The notes below the pieces were generated by a model. That model worked only from the letters and a program-made list of their open reading frames with translations. It ran no database searches and was not told where the DNA came from. Both the position numbers and the translations under genes were made by a program. A stretch of DNA of 64,000 nt, taken from NCBI GenBank assembly GCA_963664395.2, contig OY761159.2, positions 192,001-256,000 of the forward strand, read 5' to 3'. Source of the stretch: Candidatus Binatia bacterium. GTDB taxonomy: Bacteria; Desulfobacterota; Binatia; Bin18. This document shows, in pieces, positions 19,830-30,036 of the stretch; positions within the stretch are counted from its first letter, which is position 1, and every line of letters begins with the position of its first letter.

Positions 19830-21035
19830 TCAACCGACGATCCGGGCCGCCCTGAGCTGCTGAAGGTCCGCCTCCCTCATCCCAAGCCCGGTGAGAACCT
19901 CGTCCGTATGCTGACCGAGAGTCGGTGGGGAGGTCTTAATTTCTGCCGGTGTATCCGCAAAACGCCATACCGGGCCGATGGTCCGGAAGCGGCCCGCCGC
20001 CGGATGGTCAACTTCTTTCAGGATATCGAGTTCGGCCACTTGCGGATGGGCACATAACGCTGGGTAATTGTTAAACGGCACCGCGTCACCGTGGAATTCG
20101 TGGACCAGTTTGACAACGTCAGCATTAGTCAATTGCTGAAACGCCTGTTCCCAAATCGGCTTGACCTCAGGAGCATAGCGCCCAATGCTGGTCGCCTCTC
20201 GTCCAAAGCCCTCAAAACGCGGATCAGCGATATGTTCTTCCAGCCCCAGGGTCAGCATCAGCCGGTCCCAATCTTCACTATTCCCCCGACGCAGGCCGAA
20301 GTACACATGGCCATCCTTGGTTTTGTACCCTTCGTCCGGCGGACGAGTGTAATGATCAAGATGGAAGCCATACCACTCATCCGGGTCCGTCATGGCCGTC
20401 CACATAATGCCGCGCATATGTAAAAGTGTTCCCAGCATACTGACCGCAACCCGCTGCCCTGCGCCTTTGCGAACCCGGTGAAACAATCCGGCCGTGACCG
20501 CTTGTGAGGCCATGATTCCGGTGTTGAGACTGGCCACGTCCGTGCCTAAGCGTACCGGTGCGTCTCCGATCTTCCCCAGCGAGTGGGTGTAATCGGCCAT
20601 CGCCTGAACCACCAACTCCGCCCCTGGCTGGTCTCGTAACGGCCCTTCCTCCCCAAAGGCACTGATCGCGCAGTACACTAGCGTCGGATTCGTCTGATTG
20701 AGATCTTCGTAGCCTAGCCCCAATTTCTCCGCCTGGCCCGGCCCGAAGTCCTCCAGAACAACGGCGGCCCGAGCAATCAGTTTTTGCGCAATCTCTCGGC
20801 CTTCGGGCTTGGTGACATCGAGCGCAATGCTCTTTTTATTGCGATTGAGACTCAGGAAGACCGCACTTTCGTCTTGGATAAACGGCGGTCCCATGGTCCG
20901 TGCGGCATCGCCCGTCAGCGGCTCAATCTTGACAATCTCTGCCCCGGCATCAGCCAGGCGCATGGATGCAAACGGTCCACACAGCCCTTGGGTGAAGTCA
21001 ATAATCGTAAAGCCATCAAGTGCGCCGGGCATCAC
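19830..21035 (-). CDS. Family III (CaiB/BaiF) CoA-transferase subunit, catalytic Asp apparently absent
   Basis: DFTQ..CGP....LAD.GAEIVKIE, LNRNKKSIALD, PPTLGQHT. Confidence 0.9.
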   Translation of the reverse strand: MMPGALDGFTIIDFTQGLCGPFASMRLADAGAEIVKIEPLTGDAARTMGPPFIQDESAVFLSLNRNKKSIALDVTKPEGREIAQKLIARAAVVLEDFGPGQAEKLGLGYEDLNQTNPTLVYCAISAFGEEGPLRDQPGAELVVQAMADYTHSLGKIGDAPVRLGTDVASLNTGIMASQAVTAGLFHRVRKGAGQRVAVSMLGTLLHMRGIMWTAMTDPDEWYGFHLDHYTRPPDEGYKTKDGHVYFGLRRGNSEDWDRLMLTLGLEEHIADPRFEGFGREATSIGRYAPEVKPIWEQAFQQLTNADVVKLVHEFHGDAVPFNNYPALCAHPQVAELDILKEVDHPAAGRFRTIGPVWRFADTPAEIKTSPPTLGQHTDEVLTGLGMREADLQQLRAARIVG

Positions 21036-22242
21036 TGCTCCTGTCTCTTTCCTGTTCCGTACCTATCCAACTAGCCTGCGTCTCTTCCGTTATACCAAAC
21101 TCGCGCAGGACTTCTTCGGTCTGCTCACCCTGTAGTCCACCCGGACGAATCGGACCAGCCGGAGTTTTGCCAAATTTCCACGGCAGGCCATCCACACTCG
21201 GGGTTCCCCAATGCGGCGTCTCCAAGTCAATAATATGTTGATTATGCGTGACTTGGGGGTCGGTGCGGAGCGATTGAAAATTGACCGTGCGGTCCACCCG
21301 CGTATTCGGCACGCATTCTTGTGTCAGCCGCAGACTCCACCAACGGGTCGGCTTGGTTTTGAAATGTTCTTCAAGCACGGCTACGAGTTCAGCCCGGTTT
21401 TCGACTCGTTTCGGATTCGTCACAAAGCGCGGATCGGTGCCCAAGTCTGCCTGCCCGATAGCGAGACAGAAGCGCGGCCATTGGTCTTCACTCACCACCC
21501 CAACCGCCAGATATTCTTGATCTTCACAGATAAAGGCTTGGTGCGGCACGGTCGTCGCCACGGCGCTGCCCATGGGCTGAGGTTGTTCACCTGTCGCAAA
21601 ATACTCTGCTAAGCGGCTCGTTTGCAGCGACAGTGCGGCTGAGACCATATCAATCTCAATCTGCTGTCCCTTGCCCGAGCGCTCCCGCGCCAGCAAGGCC
21701 TGCAAAACGGCTTCGACAATCATGGTACTGGTCGTAATGTCGAGATGGGCCAGGTGGCGGAACATCTCTCCCTGAGAACCGGGCGAGCCAGTGATGCTGC
21801 ACCAGCCTCCAAAGGCCTGGACAGTCGGATCGATCCCGGCCTCTTTTGCCATCGGACCGGTCCGGCCATACGCCGATGCAGACACATACACCAGACGCGG
21901 ATTGAGCTGTGAGACCACATCATACCCTAAGCCCAAACGCTCGACCGCGCCCGGACGCATGTTCTGAACAAACACATCGCTCTTTTCAACCAGCTTGAGC
22001 GCAATGGCCCGATCCCCTTCCTTTTTGAGATCGAGCACAATATTCCGCTTGTTGAAATTGGCCGAGATATACAAAACGGCCGTTCCCTTAATAGGCGGCG
22101 GGATGGCATGCGAGAGTTCACCGCCGGTCGACTCCACCTTAATCACATCCGCCCCCAGCTCGCCCAGCAGTTTGGACGCCCAGGGTCCGACCGCGGCGAT
22201 ACTTAAGTCAAACACGCGAATACCGTCGAGAATACCGGGCAT
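21016..22242 (-). CDS. Family III (CaiB/BaiF) CoA-transferase
   Basis: GIRVFDLS...[32 protein letters not shown]. Confidence 0.9.
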   Translation of the reverse strand: MPGILDGIRVFDLSIAAVGPWASKLLGELGADVIKVESTGGELSHAIPPPIKGTAVLYISANFNKRNIVLDLKKEGDRAIALKLVEKSDVFVQNMRPGAVERLGLGYDVVSQLNPRLVYVSASAYGRTGPMAKEAGIDPTVQAFGGWCSITGSPGSQGEMFRHLAHLDITTSTMIVEAVLQALLARERSGKGQQIEIDMVSAALSLQTSRLAEYFATGEQPQPMGSAVATTVPHQAFICEDQEYLAVGVVSEDQWPRFCLAIGQADLGTDPRFVTNPKRVENRAELVAVLEEHFKTKPTRWWSLRLTQECVPNTRVDRTVNFQSLRTDPQVTHNQHIIDLETPHWGTPSVDGLPWKFGKTPAGPIRPGGLQGEQTEEVLREFGITEETQASWIGTEQERDRSSDARRT

Positions 22243-22275
22243 AACGCCTCCTTCAGTGCAGCCGTTCCGGTCTGT

Positions 22276-22689
22276 TTACCCTTTCCGGGGTCGAAACTTT
22301 GCCAGCGTGACCTCGTCGGTCACATCATCAAATACGACTTCCACTGGCATTCCAATGGCAATCTTTTCATTCTCAATCTCGACCAGATTTGTCAGCAGGC
22401 GTGGTCCTTCTTCCAGCTCGACCTCGGCAACATTGTACGGAATGTCCTCTTTAAGTGATGAGAAATAGGCTTGATGAAAGACGACCCACGAGTTTACCCT
22501 GCCCCGACCGCTCAATTGCTGCCAGCTAAAATCACGAGACCAGCAGTCCGGACAGAACGGAGCGGGAGGATACCAGACAACGCCACACGCTGCACATTGT
22601 GGCAGCACCATCTGCCGTTGTTTCAGACCATCCCAGTACGGTTGGTTCAGCGTCGAAATCGCCGGTAACGGCTTTGTATACTCGGCCAT
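22276..22689 (-). CDS. Zn-ribbon/OB-fold (DUF35) thiolase partner protein
   Basis: PYW.G, CAAC...CPDC, SGRG.V.SW, IPY.VA.VELEEGPR, IGMPVEVVF. Confidence 0.9.
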   Translation of the reverse strand: MAEYTKPLPAISTLNQPYWDGLKQRQMVLPQCAACGVVWYPPAPFCPDCWSRDFSWQQLSGRGRVNSWVVFHQAYFSSLKEDIPYNVAEVELEEGPRLLTNLVEIENEKIAIGMPVEVVFDDVTDEVTLAKFRPRKG

Positions 22690-22706
22690 GTCCTCTCCTC
22701 TTTTTT

Positions 22707-23885
22707 TCAGCCCGCACGATAGACTAACGAGTCCCCATACGCGTTGGCCCATTGGATGAGCTGCGCATCCGGAATTTGGCGTTCACCACACTCCCCACGC
22801 AGTTGACGCACAATCTCGACCTGGTGATTCCAGCCCATGATGTGGCCCTCGGACATGAGCCCGCCATTGGTGTTCATGGGCAGCTCCCCACCCAGCTCAA
22901 TCCGCCCGTCTTGGGTAAAGGCCGCAGCTTCGCCCTGTTGACAGAACCCAAAGCGCTCCAGCGCAGTCCAGGCCAGAATCGCGAACGCATCGTAGGTAAA
23001 CAGCGCGTCCATATCCTTGGACGATACGCCCGCCATCTCATACACCGGCTGCAGGCCGGGCGCATAATCAAATGCGGTTTGTTGAGAGGTCCCAAAGCCC
23101 GGATAGGTCCAAATAAATTCTTCTCGTCCCGCGGGGAGACCCTGCATGCCGCTAATACAAACGGGCCGTTTGGCCATGTTCCGCGCGCGTTCTTGCGTGG
23201 TGACCAGGACACACGCCGCGCCATCGTTAATCAGACAATAATCCAGCAGATGCAGCGGCTCACACACAAAACGTGAGTTCTGGTGATCTTCTACGCTGAT
23301 GGGTGTCTGCATGATGGCATTCGGATTCATGACCGCGTGCTTGCGAAACGCCACAGCCACCGCGGCCAACTGCTCACTCGTTGCGCCAAAGCGGTCAAAA
23401 TACTTCCGGGCGACCAGCGCCGCCCCGGCCCCAGGTGAGGTCATGCCGAACACCGGGTCTTCGCCGTGCCCACCGCCGGCCTCACGCCCGCCTTCAGCGT
23501 CTCCGGCCCCGCCCATCATGGGTTTGCGAAAGCCCGAGAAGCTAATCGACGCCATGCAGGCCACCACATTGGCCATACCAGTACTGACCATCAGAGCCGC
23601 CCACTGGATACTGCTGGCCGTAAAGCGACCGTGCGCCCAGGTTTGATTATACGCGCGCAGCTTTAATCCCAGCGCATAGGCCAAGGTGTCGGCATCCGCC
23701 CCGATGGGCGTACCAAAACTGACGATGAGCCCGTCCAAATCATCCCGCTCCAACCCGGCATCATCGAGTGCGTTGCGGATGGCTTCACCAGCAAGATCAA
23801 TTTGACTCCGATTCATCTTCCGACCGTATACCGTGTGGCCAACACCACACACAGCCGCTGCATCTTTGAGATTCCACGCGGGCAT
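22707..23885 (-). CDS. Thiolase-superfamily protein (SCP2-thiolase/Ltp2-like)
   Basis: NPNA, LLDYCLINDGA, YDAF, PMNTNGGLMSEGH, IVRQLRGE. Confidence 0.88.
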   Translation of the reverse strand: MPAWNLKDAAAVCGVGHTVYGRKMNRSQIDLAGEAIRNALDDAGLERDDLDGLIVSFGTPIGADADTLAYALGLKLRAYNQTWAHGRFTASSIQWAALMVSTGMANVVACMASISFSGFRKPMMGGAGDAEGGREAGGGHGEDPVFGMTSPGAGAALVARKYFDRFGATSEQLAAVAVAFRKHAVMNPNAIMQTPISVEDHQNSRFVCEPLHLLDYCLINDGAACVLVTTQERARNMAKRPVCISGMQGLPAGREEFIWTYPGFGTSQQTAFDYAPGLQPVYEMAGVSSKDMDALFTYDAFAILAWTALERFGFCQQGEAAAFTQDGRIELGGELPMNTNGGLMSEGHIMGWNHQVEIVRQLRGECGERQIPDAQLIQWANAYGDSLVYRAG

Positions 23886-24051
23886 ACCCACCCTCCTTTG
23901 GCCAGGATTTGAGGATCATAGGCAGAGACAGCCTGAGGGTCAAGGAAATCTGATAACGCGATTCTTTCCTGCTCGGCGTCTTCTCCTTGACGCTCCAGCG
24001 AAGACACGCAACAATCGCCCAACAATTCAAGCAACGCCAGGCACCGAAATG

Positions 24052-24078
24052 GTAGGGGCAGCCCTCTGTGGCTGCCCT
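24052..24078 (+). repeat. GTAG-family REP-like palindrome
   Basis: GTAGGGGCAGCCctctgtGGCTGCCCT: GTAG tetranucleotide followed by a hairpin; only one clear copy in the window. Confidence 0.5.
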
Positions 24079-24087
24079 TTTATTGTG

Positions 24088-24876
24088 ATGTCAGTCACCG
24101 ATATTCTCCTCATTACCCTCAGCGGTCTGGCCGCCGGCTTTCTCAACGCGGTTTCCGGCGGAGGGGCCATGCTGACTGTGCCCGCCCTCATCCTGATCGG
24201 ACTGCCGCCCGGAGTTGCCAACGGGACGAATCGTTTGGCCGTTGTGCTGCAAAGCCTGACTGCGCTGGCTGCGTATAAAAAACTGAAACAGACTGACTCG
24301 GGCTTAGCCATTGCGCTGGTTATCCCAGCCATGCTGGGCTCGGTGGGTGGCGCGCTGGTGTCGGTCCGTCTGGATGATGCGGTCTTCCAGACCTTGTTGG
24401 CCAGCATGATGATGGTCATGCTCATCCCGATAGTGTTTGAGCCGTTCCTCAATTCCAAACTGCTGGCGGTGAGCGGGACAGTCCGGGGGCGACGCCTGCT
24501 CCAAGGCATCTTTTTTGGCATCGGACTCTACGGTGGCTTACTCCAGATTGGAGCCGGTATTTTTATACTGGTGACGCTGAGCACTGTAGGCGGCTTGAGC
24601 CTCAATCTGGCAAACGGCGTGAAAGTCGTTATTGTCATGGGCCTGACTGGCATTGCCTGCTGCGTCTTTGCGCTGAACGGGAAGATCGATTGGAGTGTGG
24701 GACTGCTCCTGTCGATAGCGACCAGCATCGGCGCGTGGTTTGGGGCGCACTGGGGCGTCAGCAAGGGCGAGGGCTGGATTCGGATCGTGTTGGCTGGGAC
24801 AGTCGTGGTCATGGCGTTTCAGTTACTCGGAGTGTGGGAGAGTCTCAGCCCGGTGTTGGCCTTATTTCAGCTCTGA
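24088..24876 (+). CDS. TauE/SafE family sulfite exporter
   Basis: AGFLNAVSGGG, ANGTNR, GLYGG..QIGAG; highly hydrophobic. Confidence 0.9.
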   Translation: MSVTDILLITLSGLAAGFLNAVSGGGAMLTVPALILIGLPPGVANGTNRLAVVLQSLTALAAYKKLKQTDSGLAIALVIPAMLGSVGGALVSVRLDDAVFQTLLASMMMVMLIPIVFEPFLNSKLLAVSGTVRGRRLLQGIFFGIGLYGGLLQIGAGIFILVTLSTVGGLSLNLANGVKVVIVMGLTGIACCVFALNGKIDWSVGLLLSIATSIGAWFGAHWGVSKGEGWIRIVLAGTVVVMAFQLLGVWESLSPVLALFQL

Positions 24877-24910
24877 CGTAGGTTGACCTCTACCAAAAGC
24901 TAGCCACTGC

Positions 24911-25507
24911 ATGAGCACGCTCATCTACAAGGACCAGTCCGCCGCCGAGCTACGGCTTCACGTTCTCGCTGACAGGGTGGATTTTCAGCACTTCAGGCCG
25001 CTTGCCACGGTGCGTTTGGAACAGCCCCGGTTCCAGGTGCAGGCGAGTATTATCGGCGCCAGCCACATCATCCACATAGCGTATGACAATACGCACCATG
25101 TTTCCGAAATCCTGGCCTGCACAGATATTCCCCCTGCGTTACAACCGGCATTCTCAGACTGGATTGTAGACTTGGCTCATCCTATTGATCTCCAGCTCGC
25201 GCCTACGCTGCACTACCATTTTGCAGCCCAGCGGACGGACAGCCAGCGCGGCCAGCCCGCCTTTCGGGCACTGGCGCAGCGCATTGTCCAGGCCAGTGCA
25301 GACACGACACTCTCATCGAGCGCTGGTCTTGATTACTCTTTTCCGGCCACACCCCGAGGCCCAGCTCCCCAAACACTAGTCTGGGCTATGCTCGACAAAC
25401 CGAGCCAGCGTGTGACGCTCAAAACCGCCCACAGCTATCCCAATGAAGATACGATTATCTTTTCGGATTCCTGTGTCACTCTCAGTCGTCCAACGACAGA
25501 ACGATAA
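24911..25507 (+). CDS. DUF2617-like protein
   Basis: DQSAAEL, IIGASH, TAHSYPNE motifs recalled from DUF2617. Confidence 0.6.
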   Translation: MSTLIYKDQSAAELRLHVLADRVDFQHFRPLATVRLEQPRFQVQASIIGASHIIHIAYDNTHHVSEILACTDIPPALQPAFSDWIVDLAHPIDLQLAPTLHYHFAAQRTDSQRGQPAFRALAQRIVQASADTTLSSSAGLDYSFPATPRGPAPQTLVWAMLDKPSQRVTLKTAHSYPNEDTIIFSDSCVTLSRPTTER

Positions 25508-25625
25508 AACCTCTGGGCTTCAGCATCAGGGCCAGATACAACCTCCCTCATGGCGGATTTCATAATGCCTACGCAGATCACGAACAGGAATGAAATGAGA
25601 CACCAAGAAAGGCTTGCCAATACCG

Positions 25626-28466
25626 ATGCCTGAGCAGCGTAATCGTGAAGAGGTCGTCAATACACAACTTGCGGTGCTGATCTCAACGCTCGGCGTCACC
25701 GCCGACGCGGAAACCATTCTCCTGCACGGCACGCACCGGCCCGATGTGTTGTTCCAGCTCCGTGGCCTGCGCGTGGTCATCGAAGGCAAGTTTGCCGATG
25801 TGCCGAACGCCGAACGGGTCGTGCTGGACGATGCCCGCAATCGCGTACGCGCCGGTATTGCCCACATCGCCGCAGCGACGGTCTATCCCGCCCAGCTTCG
25901 CTCCACGCCCACCGCCAAGATGCTCGACACGCTGGCCGGGGCGCGCTTGCGCTTCTGTATTCTGACCGAGACCTCCGAGGACGACGAGTGGTTTGAGGGC
26001 AATCCAGCCGCGCTGATGGAATCCCTGCGCCGGGCGCAAGAAGCATTGAGTCAAGATGATATCGTTGAGCGGACAGCTAAAGCGCTGCATGGCCGCCTGG
26101 TCAGCGTTACTCAGCTCTGGCTGGGCCAAACAGGGGCGTGTGACCGCCTGTCAAACATTCTCGGTATCACGCCGCCAAAAGGCGAGACACCAGACAAAGC
26201 CCAAGGCAGGCGCGAGACAGCAGCCAAGGTCTCGGCCCTGGTGCTGGCCAATGCGCTGATTTTTCAAGAACAGTTGGCGCTGACGGATGGCCGGATCACC
26301 CCGCTACGCAAAATTGAAAAGGAAGCCGATTTAGTCGGAGCTATTGCGAAACATTGGCGCTGGATATGGGAGAACATCAACTATGTGCCGATTTTCCAGC
26401 TCGGTGAACGAGTGCTGGATGAACTTCCGAGTGCGCTCAGCACCACGCAGGCCGTTAGCGCAGTGCTCTCACAAGCGAAAGCAATTTGCGAGAAACAGGC
26501 AGCCCTACGCCACGACCTGATGGGGCGTATCTATCATTGGTTGCTGCATGAAGCGAAATATCTCGGCACCTATTACACTTCGGTGCCAGCAGCTACCCTG
26601 CTGCTCAAACTGACCCTGTCGGCGCACTGGAAACAGGACTTGGGCGACCCCGCGGAATTGGCTCACTTCAAGGTGGCTGACTTAGCCTGCGGAACGGGGA
26701 CGCTGCTAATGGCCGCAGCCCAGGCATTCTCCGACGAGTACATCAGAACGCGCGCGGCCTCAGACCGGCCGTTGGGGCAACGTGAGCTTTCGACGCTGCA
26801 TAGAACCCTGATGGAGAATATGTTGCACGGCTATGACGTGCTGCCCTCAGCCGTTCACCTGACTGCATCCACCTTGGCCCTGCTCGCCCCGGATATTGCG
26901 TTTGTTCGGATGAATCTGTTTGTGATGCCGCTCGGCGTTGATCAGGGGCGCGCGCGTCTGGGCAGCCTGGATTTTCTCGACAGCAGAGAACTCAAAACAC
27001 AGATGGCGCTCGACTATTCGCAGATTGAGACCATCCGTACCGGTGCCTCGATGTCTCGGGAAACGAACGCCACACTGCCCAAGCTACACTTGTGCGTGAT
27101 GAACCCGCCCTTTGTCCGCAGCGTGGGCGGCAACCTGCTCTTCGGCTCTCTGCCGGATGAACGGGGCCTGCTGCAAAAGGACCTCAAGAAGCGGGTCAAG
27201 CACTTATCTGCGAGCGTCACGGCAGGTCTCGGTAGCGTGTTTGTTGCCCTGGCCGACAAGCACTTGGAGGTCGGCGGGCGGCTGGCGTTTGTGCTGCTGG
27301 CGGCGTTGGCTTCGGGCGAAGCCTGGGGACCGACGCGCAAGCTGCTCGCCGAGAGCTACCACTTGGAGACCGTGGTTTCGAGCCACGACGCCGAGCGGCC
27401 CAACTTCTCAGAAAACACCGACCTGTCCGAATTATTGTTCATCGCCCGCAAGCTCGGCAGCGGCGAAAAGCCGGGCAGAGTGACTTGCATCAGCCTGTGG
27501 CGCAACCCGCGCTCAATTCATGAAGCTATGCACTTGGCGAACGCGATTGAGAACACTCCCAAGGTGGCAACCATTGAAGGAGCCGGCATAACGAGCGTGC
27601 GTTCATCGGACGGGAAATTGGCTGAGATGCTGTCTACTCCTGCCGCGATCAGTGAGGAGATTTGGCATGGAGCGCTCATATCGCAGGCCGAACTGTTGCG
27701 AACCTGTTGGAACCTCCAGCATGGGGTTCTGAGGGTTCCTGGGAACGATACCGAATTTACGCTTCCGACGTGCTGGCTTCGTCAACTCGGTGGCCTTGGC
27801 TATGATCGACGCGATATCCATGACGCATTTGAAGTATCGTATGACGATTGGTCTCCCTACCCTGCATTTTGGGGTCACGATGCTAAAGCCGTCATAAGCA
27901 TTGCTCAGTCTTCCAACGCCAGGCTGCTCGCACGAACCGCTCCAGCAAAAGGGCGCAAACTGAAGAGTGCGTCAGCGGTCTATACAGGAGCAGGTCGAAT
28001 ACTTCTCGTCGAGAGATTATGGCCTATCACCCAGTCCGTTTTGGCAGTGGGATTTGAGGAGAAAGTTCTCGGCAACACGTGGTGGGCTTTCAACGACTCG
28101 CAGTTTGATGAGCCGCAACGGAAGACCTTGCTCTTGTGGCTCAATTCTACCCTGAGCCTGCTCTTTTATTACGGACGGCGGACGGTCACGCGGAATGCCT
28201 GGATGCAGATGAAAAAGCCAGCCTGGGAGTCAATGCCGGTCCTTGATGTACGGAGTCTCACGCAAGAACAACTCACAACGCTTGCCAACGCCTATGACGC
28301 GGTAGCCTCGAAATCGCTCGCCCCGCTGGCGCAATTGGATGACGACCCGGTTCGTATCAGCATTGATGAGGCCCTGTGTACCGTTCTCGGACTGCCCTCA
28401 CTTGCGCCGGTCCGCGCCCTACTCGCCCGTGAACCGGGACTGACCGGGCGGAAGATTGGGGTGTAG
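25626..28466 (+). CDS. Single-chain restriction-modification enzyme (Type IIG-like): PD-(D/E)xK nuclease plus amino-methyltransferase
   Basis: N-terminal RPDV...VIEGK; GTYYT; motif I DLACGTGTLL; motif IV NPPF. Confidence 0.85.
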   Translation: MPEQRNREEVVNTQLAVLISTLGVTADAETILLHGTHRPDVLFQLRGLRVVIEGKFADVPNAERVVLDDARNRVRAGIAHIAAATVYPAQLRSTPTAKMLDTLAGARLRFCILTETSEDDEWFEGNPAALMESLRRAQEALSQDDIVERTAKALHGRLVSVTQLWLGQTGACDRLSNILGITPPKGETPDKAQGRRETAAKVSALVLANALIFQEQLALTDGRITPLRKIEKEADLVGAIAKHWRWIWENINYVPIFQLGERVLDELPSALSTTQAVSAVLSQAKAICEKQAALRHDLMGRIYHWLLHEAKYLGTYYTSVPAATLLLKLTLSAHWKQDLGDPAELAHFKVADLACGTGTLLMAAAQAFSDEYIRTRAASDRPLGQRELSTLHRTLMENMLHGYDVLPSAVHLTASTLALLAPDIAFVRMNLFVMPLGVDQGRARLGSLDFLDSRELKTQMALDYSQIETIRTGASMSRETNATLPKLHLCVMNPPFVRSVGGNLLFGSLPDERGLLQKDLKKRVKHLSASVTAGLGSVFVALADKHLEVGGRLAFVLLAALASGEAWGPTRKLLAESYHLETVVSSHDAERPNFSENTDLSELLFIARKLGSGEKPGRVTCISLWRNPRSIHEAMHLANAIENTPKVATIEGAGITSVRSSDGKLAEMLSTPAAISEEIWHGALISQAELLRTCWNLQHGVLRVPGNDTEFTLPTCWLRQLGGLGYDRRDIHDAFEVSYDDWSPYPAFWGHDAKAVISIAQSSNARLLARTAPAKGRKLKSASAVYTGAGRILLVERLWPITQSVLAVGFEEKVLGNTWWAFNDSQFDEPQRKTLLLWLNSTLSLLFYYGRRTVTRNAWMQMKKPAWESMPVLDVRSLTQEQLTTLANAYDAVASKSLAPLAQLDDDPVRISIDEALCTVLGLPSLAPVRALLAREPGLTGRKIGV

Positions 28467-28555
28467 GTTAGAGGTTTGCGTAGGAGCGGGAATTGATTGG
28501 CTGGTGTATGGACGGTATGGGCTGACAGGGAAGTAAAAATCGAAAAGGCAAGCAG

Positions 28556-29356
28556 ATGAGCAGCACTCAAGAACCCATCACCAATCTGGCAGACTACATC
28601 TCAGAAATAAATAAAATTGCTGTTCCTAACGACGATAACCGCTACATTTATCGCGGACAAAAAAACGCAACCTGGCACATACAGAGCGGGGCTCTCCGAC
28701 GCTTACAGAAGGAGCCTTTGGAACACCCTGCGCTATTGCCATATCTTTTCAAGGGATACATCCACCAGCTTATTGATGAAGTTCAACTCCGTTACTCCAG
28801 CGTCTATAATAATCTGACGGCATTAGAGTGCATGGCGCACTTACAGCACAACAGAGTAGCCACCGGGCTGATAGATTTTACCTACAATCCCCTGGTCGCC
28901 CTCTGGTTTGCATGCGAAACCGATGTGACAACAAACGGTAAAGTCTTCGTGGTCAATGTCCAACCCGACAAGATCAGGGAAGTCAAAACTAAAGGAGCCT
29001 TGGAGCAAGAACTCAAGAGGTTTTTTGAGGAAGACGGCCAATGGCATCTCTGGCAACCGTCCATAGACAATTCCGCCGTAGATACTCAGCGTATTACCAT
29101 GCAGCAGTCCGTCTTCCTGTTCGGTTTGTCTGGAGTAGAACCGCGCATGATTGAGCGGGAAATTCTCATTCCCAAAGAGCACAAGGAAGTGTTGCTGCAA
29201 GAGTTGGAGACGATGGGCGTTTCAGAAAAAACATTATTCTCAGACCTGGCAGGTTTTTTTGAAAGAAATACCGCCGAATCGACTTACAACATGGACCTCG
29301 CGGAGGATTACTACACCGAAGAAATCAGAAAAGCAGAGGCCCAAGGCGATGAATAA
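28556..29356 (+). CDS. FRG-domain protein
   Basis: YRGQ, LQH...TGLIDFTYNPLVALWFAC, RITMQQSVF, ELETMGVSEKTLFSDL. Confidence 0.9.
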   Translation: MSSTQEPITNLADYISEINKIAVPNDDNRYIYRGQKNATWHIQSGALRRLQKEPLEHPALLPYLFKGYIHQLIDEVQLRYSSVYNNLTALECMAHLQHNRVATGLIDFTYNPLVALWFACETDVTTNGKVFVVNVQPDKIREVKTKGALEQELKRFFEEDGQWHLWQPSIDNSAVDTQRITMQQSVFLFGLSGVEPRMIEREILIPKEHKEVLLQELETMGVSEKTLFSDLAGFFERNTAESTYNMDLAEDYYTEEIRKAEAQGDE

Positions 29357-29957
29357 AGAAGCACTCAGCGAGAATTATTTTCAAAGGGCCAATGTCAGAG
29401 CCTCATTAGGTAAATACGAGAAAGCGATTGCAGACTTTGACGTGGCGCTAGACCTCAGGCCACAATTTGCCGCAGCCTACAACAATAGGGGACTTGCCAA
29501 GGACTACCTGGGACAGCACGAAGATGCGATTGCGGACTATGATACGGCGATAGGACTCAATCCGCAACATGTCATTGCCTACTACAATAGAGGAAACACC
29601 AAGCGCCACCTGGGGCAGTACGAAGACGCAATTGTAGACTTTAACACAGCGATACAGCTTAATCCGAAACTTACCGAAGCCTACAACAACAGAGGTCTCG
29701 CCAGGGTCAAACTTGACCAACGTGAAGAAGCAATTGCGGACTTTGACGCGGCGATAAAACTCGATTCACAATATGCCGATACCTACCACAATAGAGGAAT
29801 TGTCAAGAGCTATCTGGGGCAGCACGAGGAGGCACGTGCAGATTTACAACATGCCTTAGAGTTGGCAACGGAACAGGGTGATGAAACGGCGCGTAAAATG
29901 GCTCAAGAACTGTTAGACGAATTATCCTCAGGCAACTCACATGAGAATAAAAAATGA
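29349..29957 (+). CDS. Tetratricopeptide-repeat protein (about 5 TPRs)
   Basis: 34-aa repeats AY(N/Y)NRG..K..LGQ.E.AI.D(F/Y)..AI.L.P; ATG overlaps the FRG stop. Confidence 0.92.
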   Translation: MNKEALSENYFQRANVRASLGKYEKAIADFDVALDLRPQFAAAYNNRGLAKDYLGQHEDAIADYDTAIGLNPQHVIAYYNRGNTKRHLGQYEDAIVDFNTAIQLNPKLTEAYNNRGLARVKLDQREEAIADFDAAIKLDSQYADTYHNRGIVKSYLGQHEEARADLQHALELATEQGDETARKMAQELLDELSSGNSHENKK

Positions 29958-30036
29958 CAATGTTTGAATAGATATTGTTATAGTCACTTTCGTCTGCAGC
30001 ATTCGCCAAGGGCCGGGGCCAAACCCATTCCCTGTA

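Noticed and set aside
23833-24087. N-terminal extension of the TauE ORF
   Set aside because: Overlaps the divergent thiolase start and the REP-like hairpin; family similarity begins at 24088.
28467-28473. GTTAGAG after the R-M gene as an attC core
   Set aside because: No matching inverse core or hairpin; such heptamers arise by chance.
29349-29900. 102-bp DNA repeats as a possible array or diversity-generating retroelement
   Set aside because: They encode in-frame 34-aa TPR units; no reverse transcriptase or adenine-specific template/variable pair.
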